64,000 bases of DNA from Candidatus Omnitrophota bacterium (GTDB lineage Bacteria; Omnitrophota; Gorgyraeia; Zapsychrales; JANLHA01), in contig JAGLNJ010000051.1 of assembly GCA_023139575.1 (NCBI GenBank), positions 5,926 through 69,925 of the forward strand, given 5' to 3'. The notes below the pieces were generated by a model, which did not search any database, had not been told where the DNA came from, and worked only from the letters and a program-made list of their open reading frames with translations. This document shows, piece by piece, positions 40,851-50,388 of this stretch. Positions within the stretch are counted from its first letter, which is position 1. Each line of letters opens with the position of its first letter. The position numbers and the translations under genes were made by a program.

Positions 40851-40911
40851 TAGGCAATAGATTTCACGTGAAAACATTGCCTAACAAAAAATAATAATTT
40901 CACGTGAAAAG
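40851..40911. promoter_or_regulatory. Two parS-like sites upstream of parA
   Basis: TTTCACGTGAAA at 40862-40873 and 40898-40909 (consensus TGTTTCACGTGAAACA); the first is nested in a TAGGCAAT/ATTGCCTA inverted repeat. Confidence 0.8.
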
Positions 40912-40927
40912 CCCTTTTAAAGAAATT

Positions 40928-41794
40928 ATGGCCAAAATAATTTCAATCTGCAATCAAAAAGGTGGTACGGGTAAAACCACTACCGCCGTAAATCTTTCCT
41001 ACGCACTATCACAACATAATAAAAAAGTTCTCATGGCAGACACGGATCCTCAAGGAAACGCGACCAGCGGGATCGGTATAAATAAAAGTGTTATTAATAA
41101 ATCTATTTATGACGTCTTATTAAATAAATGTTCAATAAAAGACTCAATTGTCGAAAAAGCTTATGAAAATTTAGATGTGTTGCCATGTAATATTAACTTG
41201 ACCGGAGCAGAAATTGAGTTAGTAGGGGCGCTGTCGAGGGAGACACGGCTAAAAAAGGCTTTATCATCTATTTCTGAAGAGTATGACTACATCTTTTTAG
41301 ATTGTCCGCCATCTTTAGGTTTATTGACGCTGAACGCTTTGGTGGCCAGCGATGGGATTGTTATACCGATACAATGTGAGTTTTATGCTTTAGAAGGGGT
41401 TTCTCAGCTTCTTAATACCATTAATTTGGTTCGTGACGGTCTTAACCCAGAGTTAGACATTGAAGGTGTTTTGATGACGATGGCAGATTATAGGACTAAT
41501 TTAACTACGGAAGTTATTAATGAAATTAAGAGTTATTTTAAAGATAAAGTTTATGATACTATTATACCTAGAAATATAAAATTGAGTGAAGCGCCGAGTT
41601 TTGGGAAGCCGATTATGCTTTATGACCATAATTCCATTGGCGCTAAGAAATACACACAGTTGGCATTAGAATTCTTAGGGGCCAAGATAGAAGATCCTAA
41701 CAAGTTGGAAGAAAAGAACATGCAAGAAATCCCACAAGCCGACATCACTGAAGTACCCGTAAATCCAGCTTCAGAAGAAGCCACGCCCACTTAA
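40928..41794 (+). CDS. parA: Chromosome partitioning ATPase ParA/Soj
   Basis: NQKGGTGKTTT, DPQGNATSG, DCPPSLG; start MAKII. Confidence 0.96.
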   Translation: MAKIISICNQKGGTGKTTTAVNLSYALSQHNKKVLMADTDPQGNATSGIGINKSVINKSIYDVLLNKCSIKDSIVEKAYENLDVLPCNINLTGAEIELVGALSRETRLKKALSSISEEYDYIFLDCPPSLGLLTLNALVASDGIVIPIQCEFYALEGVSQLLNTINLVRDGLNPELDIEGVLMTMADYRTNLTTEVINEIKSYFKDKVYDTIIPRNIKLSEAPSFGKPIMLYDHNSIGAKKYTQLALEFLGAKIEDPNKLEEKNMQEIPQADITEVPVNPASEEATPT

Positions 41795-41820
41795 AAGAAC
41801 TTTAAAACCAGGAGCAATAA

Positions 41821-42681
41821 ATGGAGCATCGAGCTTTAGGAAAAGGGTTATCTGCTTTGATACCAGATAATTTCACCCTTAATGAAAATAAAGCCATCAC
41901 CCAGTCCATCGCTTATGTAAAAACGGAAAGAATAAAAGATTCCTCGTTGCAGCCACGAAAGAATTATGATGAAGAAAAGTTGGATGGGTTAAAGCTATCT
42001 ATTCAAGAAAAAGGGGTGTTACAGCCAATACTTGTTAGAAAAAGGGGGGATGATTATGAAGTTGTGGCTGGAGAAAGGCGTTTACGGGCGGCTAGATCCA
42101 TAAATCTCGACGACGTGCCCGTCATAATCAAAGACGTTTCTAATGATGAAGCACTTGTTTTGGCATTGGTTGAGAATATTCAACGTGAAGACCTAAATCC
42201 GATTGAAGAAGCGCTGGCTTTTCAACGGCTGCTGGAGGATTTTTCTTTTTCACAGGATGTTATTGCTAAATCTGTAGGAAAGGACAGATCAACGATCAGC
42301 AATACTTTGCGACTTTTGAAATTGCCGGGAGATATTCAAAAGGCTGTTGTTGATGGGCGGATAGCAATGGGGCATGCCAGGACCCTTATTAACGTTGAAG
42401 ACATGAATGAACAGCAATTTTTATTTAATCAAATTATTTTGAAGGGGTTGTCGGTTCGTGAAATCGAAAATCTAACCAAAGGCAAGGCAAAGAGAAACCC
42501 TCGTCAGAAAAAAGTTAAGGAAGACGGGAAAGATCACGAAACGGTTTTAGTGGAAGAAGAATTGCAAAAATTTCTTGGAACTAAAGTTAGGGTTCAATCC
42601 CAGAGAAAAAGAGGAAAGATCACCATTGATTATTATTCTCATGATGATTTAAACAGGATCCTGAATTTAATTAAACAGTAA
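41821..42681 (+). CDS. parB: Chromosome partitioning protein ParB
   Basis: LGKGLSALI, AGERRLRA, ENIQREDLNPIEEA. Confidence 0.96.
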   Translation: MEHRALGKGLSALIPDNFTLNENKAITQSIAYVKTERIKDSSLQPRKNYDEEKLDGLKLSIQEKGVLQPILVRKRGDDYEVVAGERRLRAARSINLDDVPVIIKDVSNDEALVLALVENIQREDLNPIEEALAFQRLLEDFSFSQDVIAKSVGKDRSTISNTLRLLKLPGDIQKAVVDGRIAMGHARTLINVEDMNEQQFLFNQIILKGLSVREIENLTKGKAKRNPRQKKVKEDGKDHETVLVEEELQKFLGTKVRVQSQRKRGKITIDYYSHDDLNRILNLIKQ

Positions 42682-42830
42682 CATTATTATCTTCCTAAAG
42701 TTGCCTCTCATTTCATACATCAAGAACAAATTAATGTATATTGAAACATGATGATGCGTTATTCAGAAAACGTAAATTACGTAAACCATTGAAAATAAAA
42801 AATATACAAGCACAAAAAAGGACATTTATT

Positions 42831-43652
42831 ATGATAAAAGGGATGACGGGATATGGAACAGCGGGCGTTAATACGAACAAAATAAAAGGTGTTGTAGAAA
42901 TCAAAACGCAAAATCACCGCTATTTTGACACGGTTTTTTATTTGCCTTTGGGGTTTTCTTCGCTCGAAAACAAGATCAAGAATGCAATCAATGCGAAGAT
43001 CAAAAGAGGCAGAGTTACTTTTTCATTTAAAATTACTGAAAGATCAACACAGGCGATTGACCTTAACAAAGCGGCCGTTAAAAAATATTTGAGCTATGCT
43101 AAACAATTAAAAAAAGAATTTTCTTTGACGAGCGAGCTGTCTGTTGCGGACTTAATAAAATTGCCCGGAGTTGTTGAGGCGAAAGACACCTTAGTGACTC
43201 CCCCGCAAGTAGCTACATCGCTGGAAAAAGGTTTGGACACCGCGCTGAAAAGTTTGATAACGATGCGCGCGCGAGAAGGCAAGAGTTTGGCCAAAGATAT
43301 TAATGTGATATTGCAGGGAATGTTGCGGCAGGTGAGAATTATTCAGATGCGATCAAAGGCCTTGCTGAAAAAAAATAAGAAATTGATGAACATGGATGAA
43401 TTCCTTTCTTATCAAAAAGGGATCGACATTAGCGAAGAATTGACCAGGCTCAAACATTATATTGAAGAGTTCAAATTGCTTTTAAAATCAACAGTTAGCG
43501 TCGGAAAGAAGCTGGATTTTGTCGCCCAGGAAATGCAAAGAGAAACGAACACAATAGGTTCTAAGGTTCAGGATCGAATTATATCCAACGCAGTGATTAC
43601 AATAAAAAGCAAAATAGAAAAGCTTCGCGAACAAGCCCAAAACATTGAATAA
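42831..43652 (+). CDS. yicC: YicC/YloC family endoribonuclease
   Basis: MIKGMTGYG, GKKLDFVAQEMQRETNTIGSK, LREQAQNIE. Confidence 0.93.
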   Translation: MIKGMTGYGTAGVNTNKIKGVVEIKTQNHRYFDTVFYLPLGFSSLENKIKNAINAKIKRGRVTFSFKITERSTQAIDLNKAAVKKYLSYAKQLKKEFSLTSELSVADLIKLPGVVEAKDTLVTPPQVATSLEKGLDTALKSLITMRAREGKSLAKDINVILQGMLRQVRIIQMRSKALLKKNKKLMNMDEFLSYQKGIDISEELTRLKHYIEEFKLLLKSTVSVGKKLDFVAQEMQRETNTIGSKVQDRIISNAVITIKSKIEKLREQAQNIE

Positions 43653-43668
43653 AAGCGGGAAAAGATTT

Positions 43669-44247
43669 ATGAAAAAGGGGAGAATCGTTATTATATCGGG
43701 GCCTTCGGGTTCAGGCAAAACCACTTTGCAGGCCAAGCTTTTGAAAAGCAAAAGGGTAAAAGGAAAGTTGGTTGAATCGATATCAATAACGACGCGGCCC
43801 AGACGCAAAGGGGAAAAGGATGGCCGCGAGTATTTTTTTGTAAGTGATAAAATGTTTCGTTATAAAAAAAGGGCGGGGCACCTGTTAGAATCTGAACAGG
43901 TGTTTCACTGTTTTTATGGGACTCCGAGAAAATATGTTTATGATCTGTTAAAAAAGGGCACGCATGTATTATTGGGCATTGATGTTAAAGGGGCCAGAAA
44001 GGTTAGGCTGCAATACCCGGAAGCCTTGATGATTTTTATTAAAACGCCTTCGTTAAAAGTACTGAAAGAACGGTTATTAAAGCGCAAAACCGAAGAACCA
44101 ACAGACCTTAAGATTCGTGTGGCCATAGCGAGCCAGGAATTGAAAGCGGCCAATCGATATGATTTTGTTATTATCAATAACGATTTAAAAAAAGCGTATG
44201 CAGAGCTTGAAAATATTGTTTGTAGAGAGCTTTTCGCTAAGAGATAA
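43669..44247 (+). CDS. gmk: Guanylate kinase
   Basis: ISGPSGSGKTT, TTRPRRKGEKDGREYFF, YGTP. Confidence 0.95.
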   Translation: MKKGRIVIISGPSGSGKTTLQAKLLKSKRVKGKLVESISITTRPRRKGEKDGREYFFVSDKMFRYKKRAGHLLESEQVFHCFYGTPRKYVYDLLKKGTHVLLGIDVKGARKVRLQYPEALMIFIKTPSLKVLKERLLKRKTEEPTDLKIRVAIASQELKAANRYDFVIINNDLKKAYAELENIVCRELFAKR

Positions 44248-44389
44248 TTCTTTGCGCTGGCCGCAGGCAGGCTGCAAAAAAAGAACTTTGACAAAATCTG
44301 CGATATATGATATATATTCAGATTAATTATATAAGAAAATTTAAATTTATAATATTATTTGATCATCAATAAAATGGAGGTGTAGTGTA

Positions 44390-44641
44390 ATGGGATATCC
44401 GCCGTTGGAGGATTTGTTGCCGAAGTCGAATTTTAGCGTTTATAAACTAGTGCGCATGGCTGCGATAAGGGCCTTAGAGCTGGCTGATGGAAAGCCAAAA
44501 TTGATGGAAAGACCTTCGGGTGAAAAAACCCCGACAGTCGCTTTAGAAGAAATCAAGGCAGGGAGGGTTGTTTTGAAGGATGTGGCTGATCAGTTTAAGC
44601 CGGTAGAAACGCCAGAGGCGCTGGCAAAAAAAGAAAAATAA
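44390..44641 (+). CDS. rpoZ: RNA polymerase omega subunit
   Basis: YKLVRMAAIRALEL, VALEEI; gmk-rpoZ-coa synteny. Confidence 0.92.
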   Translation: MGYPPLEDLLPKSNFSVYKLVRMAAIRALELADGKPKLMERPSGEKTPTVALEEIKAGRVVLKDVADQFKPVETPEALAKKEK

Positions 44642-44665
44642 TTACGTTAAGCGTTCTTTAAACCT

Positions 44666-45214
44666 ATGGTCTTAAAAAATAAAAAAGTTGTTTTAGGCGT
44701 GACGGGAAGCATAGCCGCCTATAAAGCGCCGGACATTGTGCGGCGCTTACAGGATCAGGGGGCTGTTGTTTCTGTTATCATGACTAAAGAGGCTCAGGAA
44801 TTTATAACCCCGCTCACGTTTGAAAGTTTGACGCAAACAAAAGTTGGTCTTGATATGTTTGCCCGAAAAGAAGTTTTTTCATATATTCAACATATAAGAT
44901 TTGCTCAGGAAGCTGATATACTGCTTATAGCTCCGGCTACAGCGAATATAATAGGAAAGATAGCTTCTGGAATCGCTAACGATCTTTTAACATGCACAGC
45001 CTTGGCCGTGAAGGCACCGATTATGATCGCCCCCGCAATGAACGATGCGATGTTTCACAACAACATAGTTCAGGATAATTGTAAGAAATTAAAACAATAT
45101 GGCGTGAAAATAATCGATCCTGTTAAGGGACTCTTGGCTTGCGGGACAGAAGGCGAGGGGCATTTAGCCGAAGTAGATATAATAGTTGAAGCCGTAGAAA
45201 AAATATTTCTTTGA
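44666..45214 (+). CDS. coaC: Phosphopantothenoylcysteine decarboxylase (CoaC domain only)
   Basis: GVTGSIAAYK, APATAN, APAMN, LACGTEGEG; ends before a CoaB domain. Confidence 0.9.
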   Translation: MVLKNKKVVLGVTGSIAAYKAPDIVRRLQDQGAVVSVIMTKEAQEFITPLTFESLTQTKVGLDMFARKEVFSYIQHIRFAQEADILLIAPATANIIGKIASGIANDLLTCTALAVKAPIMIAPAMNDAMFHNNIVQDNCKKLKQYGVKIIDPVKGLLACGTEGEGHLAEVDIIVEAVEKIFL

Positions 45215-45223
45215 AAATTTTGT

Positions 45224-45295
45224 GGCGAGGTAGCCAAGTGGTAAGGCGGTGGTCTGCAAAACCATTATTCACCGGTTCGAGTCCGGTCCTCGCCT
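45224..45295 (+). tRNA. tRNA-Cys (GCA)
   Basis: GGCGAGG/CCTCGCC stem; CT-GCA-AA loop; GGTTCGAGTCC. Confidence 0.95.
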
Positions 45296-45389
45296 TTAAT
45301 AAAAGGTCAGATGTAAGAAGCCATGGGTTAGCAATAGAAAGTATTGAGATAAACTGAACACGACCCATAGACTAATGAAAGCTTTTATT

Positions 45390-45472
45390 GGGCAAGTGGT
45401 GGAATGGCATACACGCAGGACTTAAAATCCTGTGACCGGAAGGTCGTGTGGGTTCGACTCCCACCTTGCCCA
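45390..45472 (+). tRNA. tRNA-Leu (UAA)
   Basis: GGGCAAG/CTTGCCC stem; CAGGA-CT-TAA-AA-TCCTG; long variable arm. Confidence 0.95.
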
Positions 45473-45537
45473 TAACATAAATGAACAGCGGGAAAAGGAC
45501 GCCGGCTCAAAGAACAAACGCACTAAACATTTAGATT

Positions 45538-45611
45538 GGGCGCTTAGCTCAGTTTCAGCCGGAGGCTGATCCGCCTCTGGCGGAGGTTAAAGAAGCTTGC
45601 TCATATCGTGA
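45538..45611 (+). pseudogene. Degenerate partial copy of tRNA-Val with a 30-nt double-hairpin insertion in the D-loop
   Basis: GGGCGcTTAGCTCAGTT[TCAGCCGGAGGCTGA TCCGCCTCTGGCGGA]GGTTAaAG...ATCGTGA aligns without gaps to the first 44 nt of the downstream tRNA-Val once the insert is removed. Confidence 0.7.
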
Positions 45612-45627
45612 TTCAAAAAAGGTTCGT

Positions 45628-45701
45628 GGGCGGTTAGCTCAGTTGGTTAGAGTGTCACGTTGACATCGTGAAGGTCACAAGTTCGAGTCTTGTACCGCCC
45701 A
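45628..45701 (+). tRNA. tRNA-Val (GAC)
   Basis: GGGCGGT/ACCGCCC stem; TCACG-TT-GAC-AT-CGTGA. Confidence 0.96.
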
Positions 45702-45799
45702 TTTTATTTCAACCAAAAAGGACATCTTAATACTTAAATGAACGGCCGCAGAAAAAAACGCAATAATTTTTTATATCCTGCAGGCCATCTTTTTAATAT

Positions 45800-47536
45800 A
45801 TGGATTACAAAACAGACATAGATAAATTAAGACATTCCTGCTCGCATGTTATGGCCCAGGCGGTAAAAAAACTGTGGCCGGAAGCGAAGGCGGCTATTGG
45901 TCCAGCCATTGAAACTGGTTTTTATTATGATTTTGAAAAGGAAGAACCATTTACCAATAAAGATTTAAAGGCCATTGAAAAAGAAATGCGCAAGATTATT
46001 TCCAAAGGGCATAGTATTACGCAGGTCTTTATGCCTCGCCAGGAAGCCATCAATTTTTTCAAAAAGACGGAGGATGATTATAAGCTTGAACTGATTGAAG
46101 GCATTTTAGATGAACAGATTTCTATATATAAAACAGGCGAAGAGTTTTTTGATTTATGTAAAGGGCCTCATGTTGAAAGCGTTTCAGAGATTAAGGTTTT
46201 TAAATTGTTGTCCGTGGCTGGCGCCTATTGGCGAGGGGATGAAAAAAACAAAATGCTGCAGCGTATTTACGGAACGTGTTTCGCCAGCGATGAGGAGCTG
46301 AAGGCCGATTTGAAAATGCGTGAGGAGGCGGAAAAGCGAGACCATAGAAAGCTTGGAACGCAGCTGGATCTGTTTCATATTTACCATGAAGATGCGGGGG
46401 CGGGTTTGGTTTTTTACCACCCTTCGGGAGCTTTGTTGCGCAAGATTATTGAGGATTACACAAAGGAAAAACATCTAAACAGCGGTTATGAAATGGTCAT
46501 GACCCCGAATATCTTAAAGGGTAAGCTTTGGGATAAAAGCGGCCATTCTGATTTCTATCGAGAAAACATGTATTATTTTGATGTGGACCAGGAAGAGTAT
46601 GCTGTTAAGCCCATGAATTGCCCCGGGCACATGCTTATTTATAAAGCGCATCTTCATTCTTATAGGGAATTGCCCATTCGTTTTTTTGAATTAGGAACAG
46701 TTTATCGCCAAGAAAAGGCTGGCGTGTTGCATGGCCTGCTGCGTGTGCGGGGTTTCACGCAAGACGATGCACATATTTTTTGCACACCCGAGCAATTAAA
46801 GGATGAGATTAAAAGCGGTTTGGATTTTGTGTTTTCCACGATGGAAGATTTTGGTTTTGAGTCTTGGGATATTGAAGTCAGCACAAAACCGGAAAAACAT
46901 ATTGGCGCTGATGAAAATTGGCAGAACGCCACAGATACCTTGGAAGGCGCTTTGAAGGAAAAAGATATAGATTATCAAATCAATGAGGGTGACGGAGCGT
47001 TTTATGGACCGAAGATTGATATTAAATTAAAGGATGCGATTGGCCGGTCCTGGCAATGTGCGACTATTCAATGTGATTTTTCTTTGCCGGAGCGGTTTGA
47101 CTTAACTTATGTGAATGAAGAAGGCCAGGCTGTTCGGCCGATTATGATTCATCGGGCGGTGTTTGGGAGCGTGGAACGGTTTATTGGGACGTTGATCGAG
47201 CATTATGCGGGCGCTTTTCCTTTATGGCTTGCGCCCGTTCAGGTTGCCGTTATTCCTATAAAAGATGAGAACCAAGAATTTGCAAATCAAGTAAAAGACA
47301 ATTTACAAAAGAATGGCATAAGGGTTATAATTGATGCAAGAAATGAGAGCTTGGGAAAACGCATTCGGGAAGGAGCCGTTAAAAAGATTCCTTACCTGCT
47401 TGTTATCGGAGATAAAGAGGTTGAAACACAGCAAGTAGCTGTACGTAAAAGAATCGTGGGTGATCAAGGCGGCTTGACGGTTGAAGCGTTTTTGAAACAA
47501 TTGCAGCAGGAAATAGAGACAAAAACGCTTAATTAA
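45800..47536 (+). CDS. thrS: Threonyl-tRNA synthetase, lacking the N-terminal TGS domain
   Basis: LRHSCSH, DLCKGPH, KPMNCPGH, GLLRVRGFTQDD. Confidence 0.97.
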   Translation: MDYKTDIDKLRHSCSHVMAQAVKKLWPEAKAAIGPAIETGFYYDFEKEEPFTNKDLKAIEKEMRKIISKGHSITQVFMPRQEAINFFKKTEDDYKLELIEGILDEQISIYKTGEEFFDLCKGPHVESVSEIKVFKLLSVAGAYWRGDEKNKMLQRIYGTCFASDEELKADLKMREEAEKRDHRKLGTQLDLFHIYHEDAGAGLVFYHPSGALLRKIIEDYTKEKHLNSGYEMVMTPNILKGKLWDKSGHSDFYRENMYYFDVDQEEYAVKPMNCPGHMLIYKAHLHSYRELPIRFFELGTVYRQEKAGVLHGLLRVRGFTQDDAHIFCTPEQLKDEIKSGLDFVFSTMEDFGFESWDIEVSTKPEKHIGADENWQNATDTLEGALKEKDIDYQINEGDGAFYGPKIDIKLKDAIGRSWQCATIQCDFSLPERFDLTYVNEEGQAVRPIMIHRAVFGSVERFIGTLIEHYAGAFPLWLAPVQVAVIPIKDENQEFANQVKDNLQKNGIRVIIDARNESLGKRIREGAVKKIPYLLVIGDKEVETQQVAVRKRIVGDQGGLTVEAFLKQLQQEIETKTLN

Positions 47537-47616
47537 AAAAAATTTCTTAGTGTAATTAAGCCGTGAAAAAGGTGAAAAGAAAAACTTTTTCACGCAGAAA
47601 ACAGGAGGTGGTTCTT

Positions 47617-48135
47617 ATTCAAAAAAACATTAGAATTAACGAGCGCATCAGAGTCCCAGAGGTTCGCGTTATTGGCGCCAATTCAGAGCAGTTAGGCGTC
47701 GTGGTTCTTAAAAGAGCCTTGGAATTGGCACGCGAAAACAGTCTTGATTTGGTAGAAGTAGCTCCAACCGCTAAACCGCCGGTTTGTCGTATTATGGATT
47801 TCAGTAAGTATAAATATGACCAAGAAAAAAAGGAAAGGCGGGTTAAAAAGGCCCAGAAAATTACCCATTTAAAGCAAATAAGGATTAAGCCGCATATTGA
47901 TGAGAATGATTACCAGATTAAGCTTAAGCAGGCGAAGATGTTTCTTGATAAGAAGGATAAGGTGAAAGTCAACCTGTTCTTCAGGGGCCGGGAGGTCGCC
48001 TTTCGGGCTCAGGGAAAGAGGATTTTAGACCGCTTTGTTGAAGATATTTCTGACGTGGGGCAGACTGAAAAATCTGCTCAAATGGAGGGTCGGATCATGT
48101 CGCTCATCCTTACGCCTAAATCTGAGAAAAATTGA
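47617..48135 (+). CDS. infC: Translation initiation factor IF-3, probable AUU start
   Basis: GGAGGT SD at 47604-47609, in-frame ATT at 47617; RINERI, LDLVEVAP, PPVCRIMD. Confidence 0.93.
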   Translation: MQKNIRINERIRVPEVRVIGANSEQLGVVVLKRALELARENSLDLVEVAPTAKPPVCRIMDFSKYKYDQEKKERRVKKAQKITHLKQIRIKPHIDENDYQIKLKQAKMFLDKKDKVKVNLFFRGREVAFRAQGKRILDRFVEDISDVGQTEKSAQMEGRIMSLILTPKSEKN

Positions 48136-48316
48136 AAAACGGATAAAAAAGAATAATTGACATAAAAGCGTTTATCCTTTAACATATATGCTCTTATTTT
48201 AAATTTTAAAGTAATGGAGCAATTTTTCAAAAGCATGACGAAAACCGCGTTGAATAAACGACAAAGAAATTTTATTGATTTGTGAAGGGTAGAGATGTGA
48301 AAGAGAGGTAAAGGAA

Positions 48317-48520
48317 ATGCCGAAATTGAAAACAAATCGGTCTGCAGCGAAACGATTTAAAATAACAAAATCCGGAAAAATCAAAAAGCGCAGTGCCGGC
48401 AGAGGACATATTTTAGGTAAAATGGCCCGTAAGCGAAAACGCAAGTTGCGCCAGAGCAGTTATCTGTCAGATGCGGATGAAAAAAGGATAAGGAGGTTGC
48501 TGCCCTATGGTGCGAATTAA
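48317..48520 (+). CDS. rpmI: 50S ribosomal protein L35
   Basis: MPKLKTNRSAAKRFKIT; upstream TTGACA-N17-TAACAT (48157-48185). Confidence 0.96.
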   Translation: MPKLKTNRSAAKRFKITKSGKIKKRSAGRGHILGKMARKRKRKLRQSSYLSDADEKRIRRLLPYGAN

Positions 48521-48884
48521 ATCTTCAGTTGCGCGTCGAAAAAGACATAAAAAGGTTTTAAAAGAAACGAAAGGCCAGTTTGGCCATAGAAGCAAACGCT
48601 TTTCACAGGCTAAGCGATCTCTGAAAAAAGGGATGGCCTATGCGTTCCGCGACCGCAAGGTTAAGAAGAGACTATATAAAGCTATTTGGATTGTTCGGAT
48701 AAGCGCTGCTTGCCAAGAGGCAGGTATCGCCTATAGCCGTTTCATCAATGGTTTGACCAAGGCCAAAGTGGCTATAAACAGAAAAGTTTTAGCAGATCTA
48801 AGCATCAGTTCGCCAGCCACTTTCAAGCAGCTTGTCAAATTGGCTAAAGCAACCTTGACGGCTAAAATGCCGAAACAGGCTTAA
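48507..48884 (+). CDS. rplT: 50S ribosomal protein L20
   Basis: YAFRDRKVKKR, YSRFINGL, NRKVLADL. Confidence 0.96.
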   Translation: MVRIKSSVARRKRHKKVLKETKGQFGHRSKRFSQAKRSLKKGMAYAFRDRKVKKRLYKAIWIVRISAACQEAGIAYSRFINGLTKAKVAINRKVLADLSISSPATFKQLVKLAKATLTAKMPKQA

Positions 48885-48905
48885 AAAGACGGCATTGATA
48901 ATCTT

Positions 48906-48943
48906 AAAATGTGGGTTCTAAAAACAGAACTCACATTTTTTTT
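48906..48943 (+). terminator. Intrinsic terminator after rplT
   Basis: AAAATGTGGGTTCT-N6-AGAACTCACATTTT-TTTT. Confidence 0.85.
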
Positions 48944-49017
48944 GGCTCAGAGGAGCAGGCAGCGAAACCTAAAAAATTTCCTTGTTATAGTAATATTAAT
49001 ATAATACAATCATCACC

Positions 49018-50376
49018 ATGAGAATTATTATTGTTGGGGCAGGAATTATCGGTTCAAATTTGGCAAAATTCCTTACCGATGAGAACCATGAAGTCTATAT
49101 TATCGAGACTGATCCTGAAACCGCCCGAAAAGTTGATGAAAAGCTCGACGCTAAAGTCATTGTGGGTAACGGCGCGGATCCTGAGGCCCTCAAGAAAGCC
49201 GGCATCGAGCAAGCTGATTTGGTTATTGCGGTTACAACCTCAGATGAAACTAATTTAGTTGTAGGGGTTTTAGCAGAATCGTTTGGCGCCAAAAGAAGAA
49301 TTGCCCGGGTGCGCAGCGTGTCCTTGTCTAATGTCCTTGATGAAGTCGGATATGCCAAATTCCATTTAGATGAACTCATCAATCCTGAAGAATTAGCTTC
49401 GCAAACAATTATTAAGACTATTGAAACACCTGGAGCCAGTGAAGTGGCTGATTTTGCCGAAGGCAAGATCCTGTTGCGCGCCTTTGATATCCCAGAGGCC
49501 TCGCATTTATGCGGACTGCGCGTTGAAGAGGTTCGTGATGAAGACTTCCCTTGGCCATTTATTATTGTTGCTATCAAACGTAATGGATCCGTTCTCATTC
49601 CCAAAGGCGATACTTTTGTTGAGGCGGAAGACCGTATTTATGTTTTATTGCCCCACCAGTCTCTCGGAGAATTTTTGACCTTTGTTAATCCTGAAAGCCG
49701 TATGCCAAAAAAAGTGGTTATCTATGGCGCCACTCATATGGGGCAACGCGTGGCAAAGGCCTTAAGCGAAAAGATAAGCGATGTGATTTTATTAGAGGAG
49801 AACCCTCTTATAGCGGAAAAAGCGGCAGGAGCGCTGGAGTCGATACGGGTGATTAACGGGACAGCGGCCGAAAAAGATATATTAGTAGAATGCGGCATCG
49901 AAGCAGCAGATGCTTTTATTGCCACAAGCGGCAACGATCATTCTAATTTGGTCAGCGCTGTTTTAGCGAAAAAGATGGGCGCTAAACGGACCGCGATTAT
50001 TACGCAGCATCCGGATTATATGAGTATCGTCGATGCATTAAAAATAGATGCTCTCATCAACCCCAGGCTTTTGGCCATGCAGCAGATTTTACGATTAGTT
50101 CGAGGCAAGGGCATTCAATCCGTCACGAAGATGATGGATTGTGATGCCGAGGCGTTAGAATTTATTCCGGAACCGGGAGCCCCCATAACGAAGTCTCCGA
50201 TTAAAAACATCAACTTCCCAAAAAATTCTATTGTTGGCGCTGTTTCCCGTGAGGATGGGGTTATTCTCGTTGACGGAGAAACAGAAATCAAAGCAGGAGA
50301 ACGGGTAATCGTCTTTTGTCAAGAAAGCGCCGTCAAGAAGCTGCAATCATTATTTATTCATAAAAAAGCATTTTAA
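49018..50376 (+). CDS. trkA: Trk K+ uptake regulatory subunit TrkA
   Basis: Two RCK domains; IIVGAGIIG; adjacent trkH. Confidence 0.94.
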   Translation: MRIIIVGAGIIGSNLAKFLTDENHEVYIIETDPETARKVDEKLDAKVIVGNGADPEALKKAGIEQADLVIAVTTSDETNLVVGVLAESFGAKRRIARVRSVSLSNVLDEVGYAKFHLDELINPEELASQTIIKTIETPGASEVADFAEGKILLRAFDIPEASHLCGLRVEEVRDEDFPWPFIIVAIKRNGSVLIPKGDTFVEAEDRIYVLLPHQSLGEFLTFVNPESRMPKKVVIYGATHMGQRVAKALSEKISDVILLEENPLIAEKAAGALESIRVINGTAAEKDILVECGIEAADAFIATSGNDHSNLVSAVLAKKMGAKRTAIITQHPDYMSIVDALKIDALINPRLLAMQQILRLVRGKGIQSVTKMMDCDAEALEFIPEPGAPITKSPIKNINFPKNSIVGAVSREDGVILVDGETEIKAGERVIVFCQESAVKKLQSLFIHKKAF

Positions 50377-50388
50377 AAGGCCGTCTTT

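Noticed and set aside
45123-45368. 81-aa minus-strand ORF
   Set aside because: Antisense to coaC and tRNA-Cys.
45538-45627. Functional intron-containing tRNA with CAT anticodon
   Set aside because: After removing the insert, the anticodon stem does not pair and there is no proper T-arm or 3' acceptor strand.
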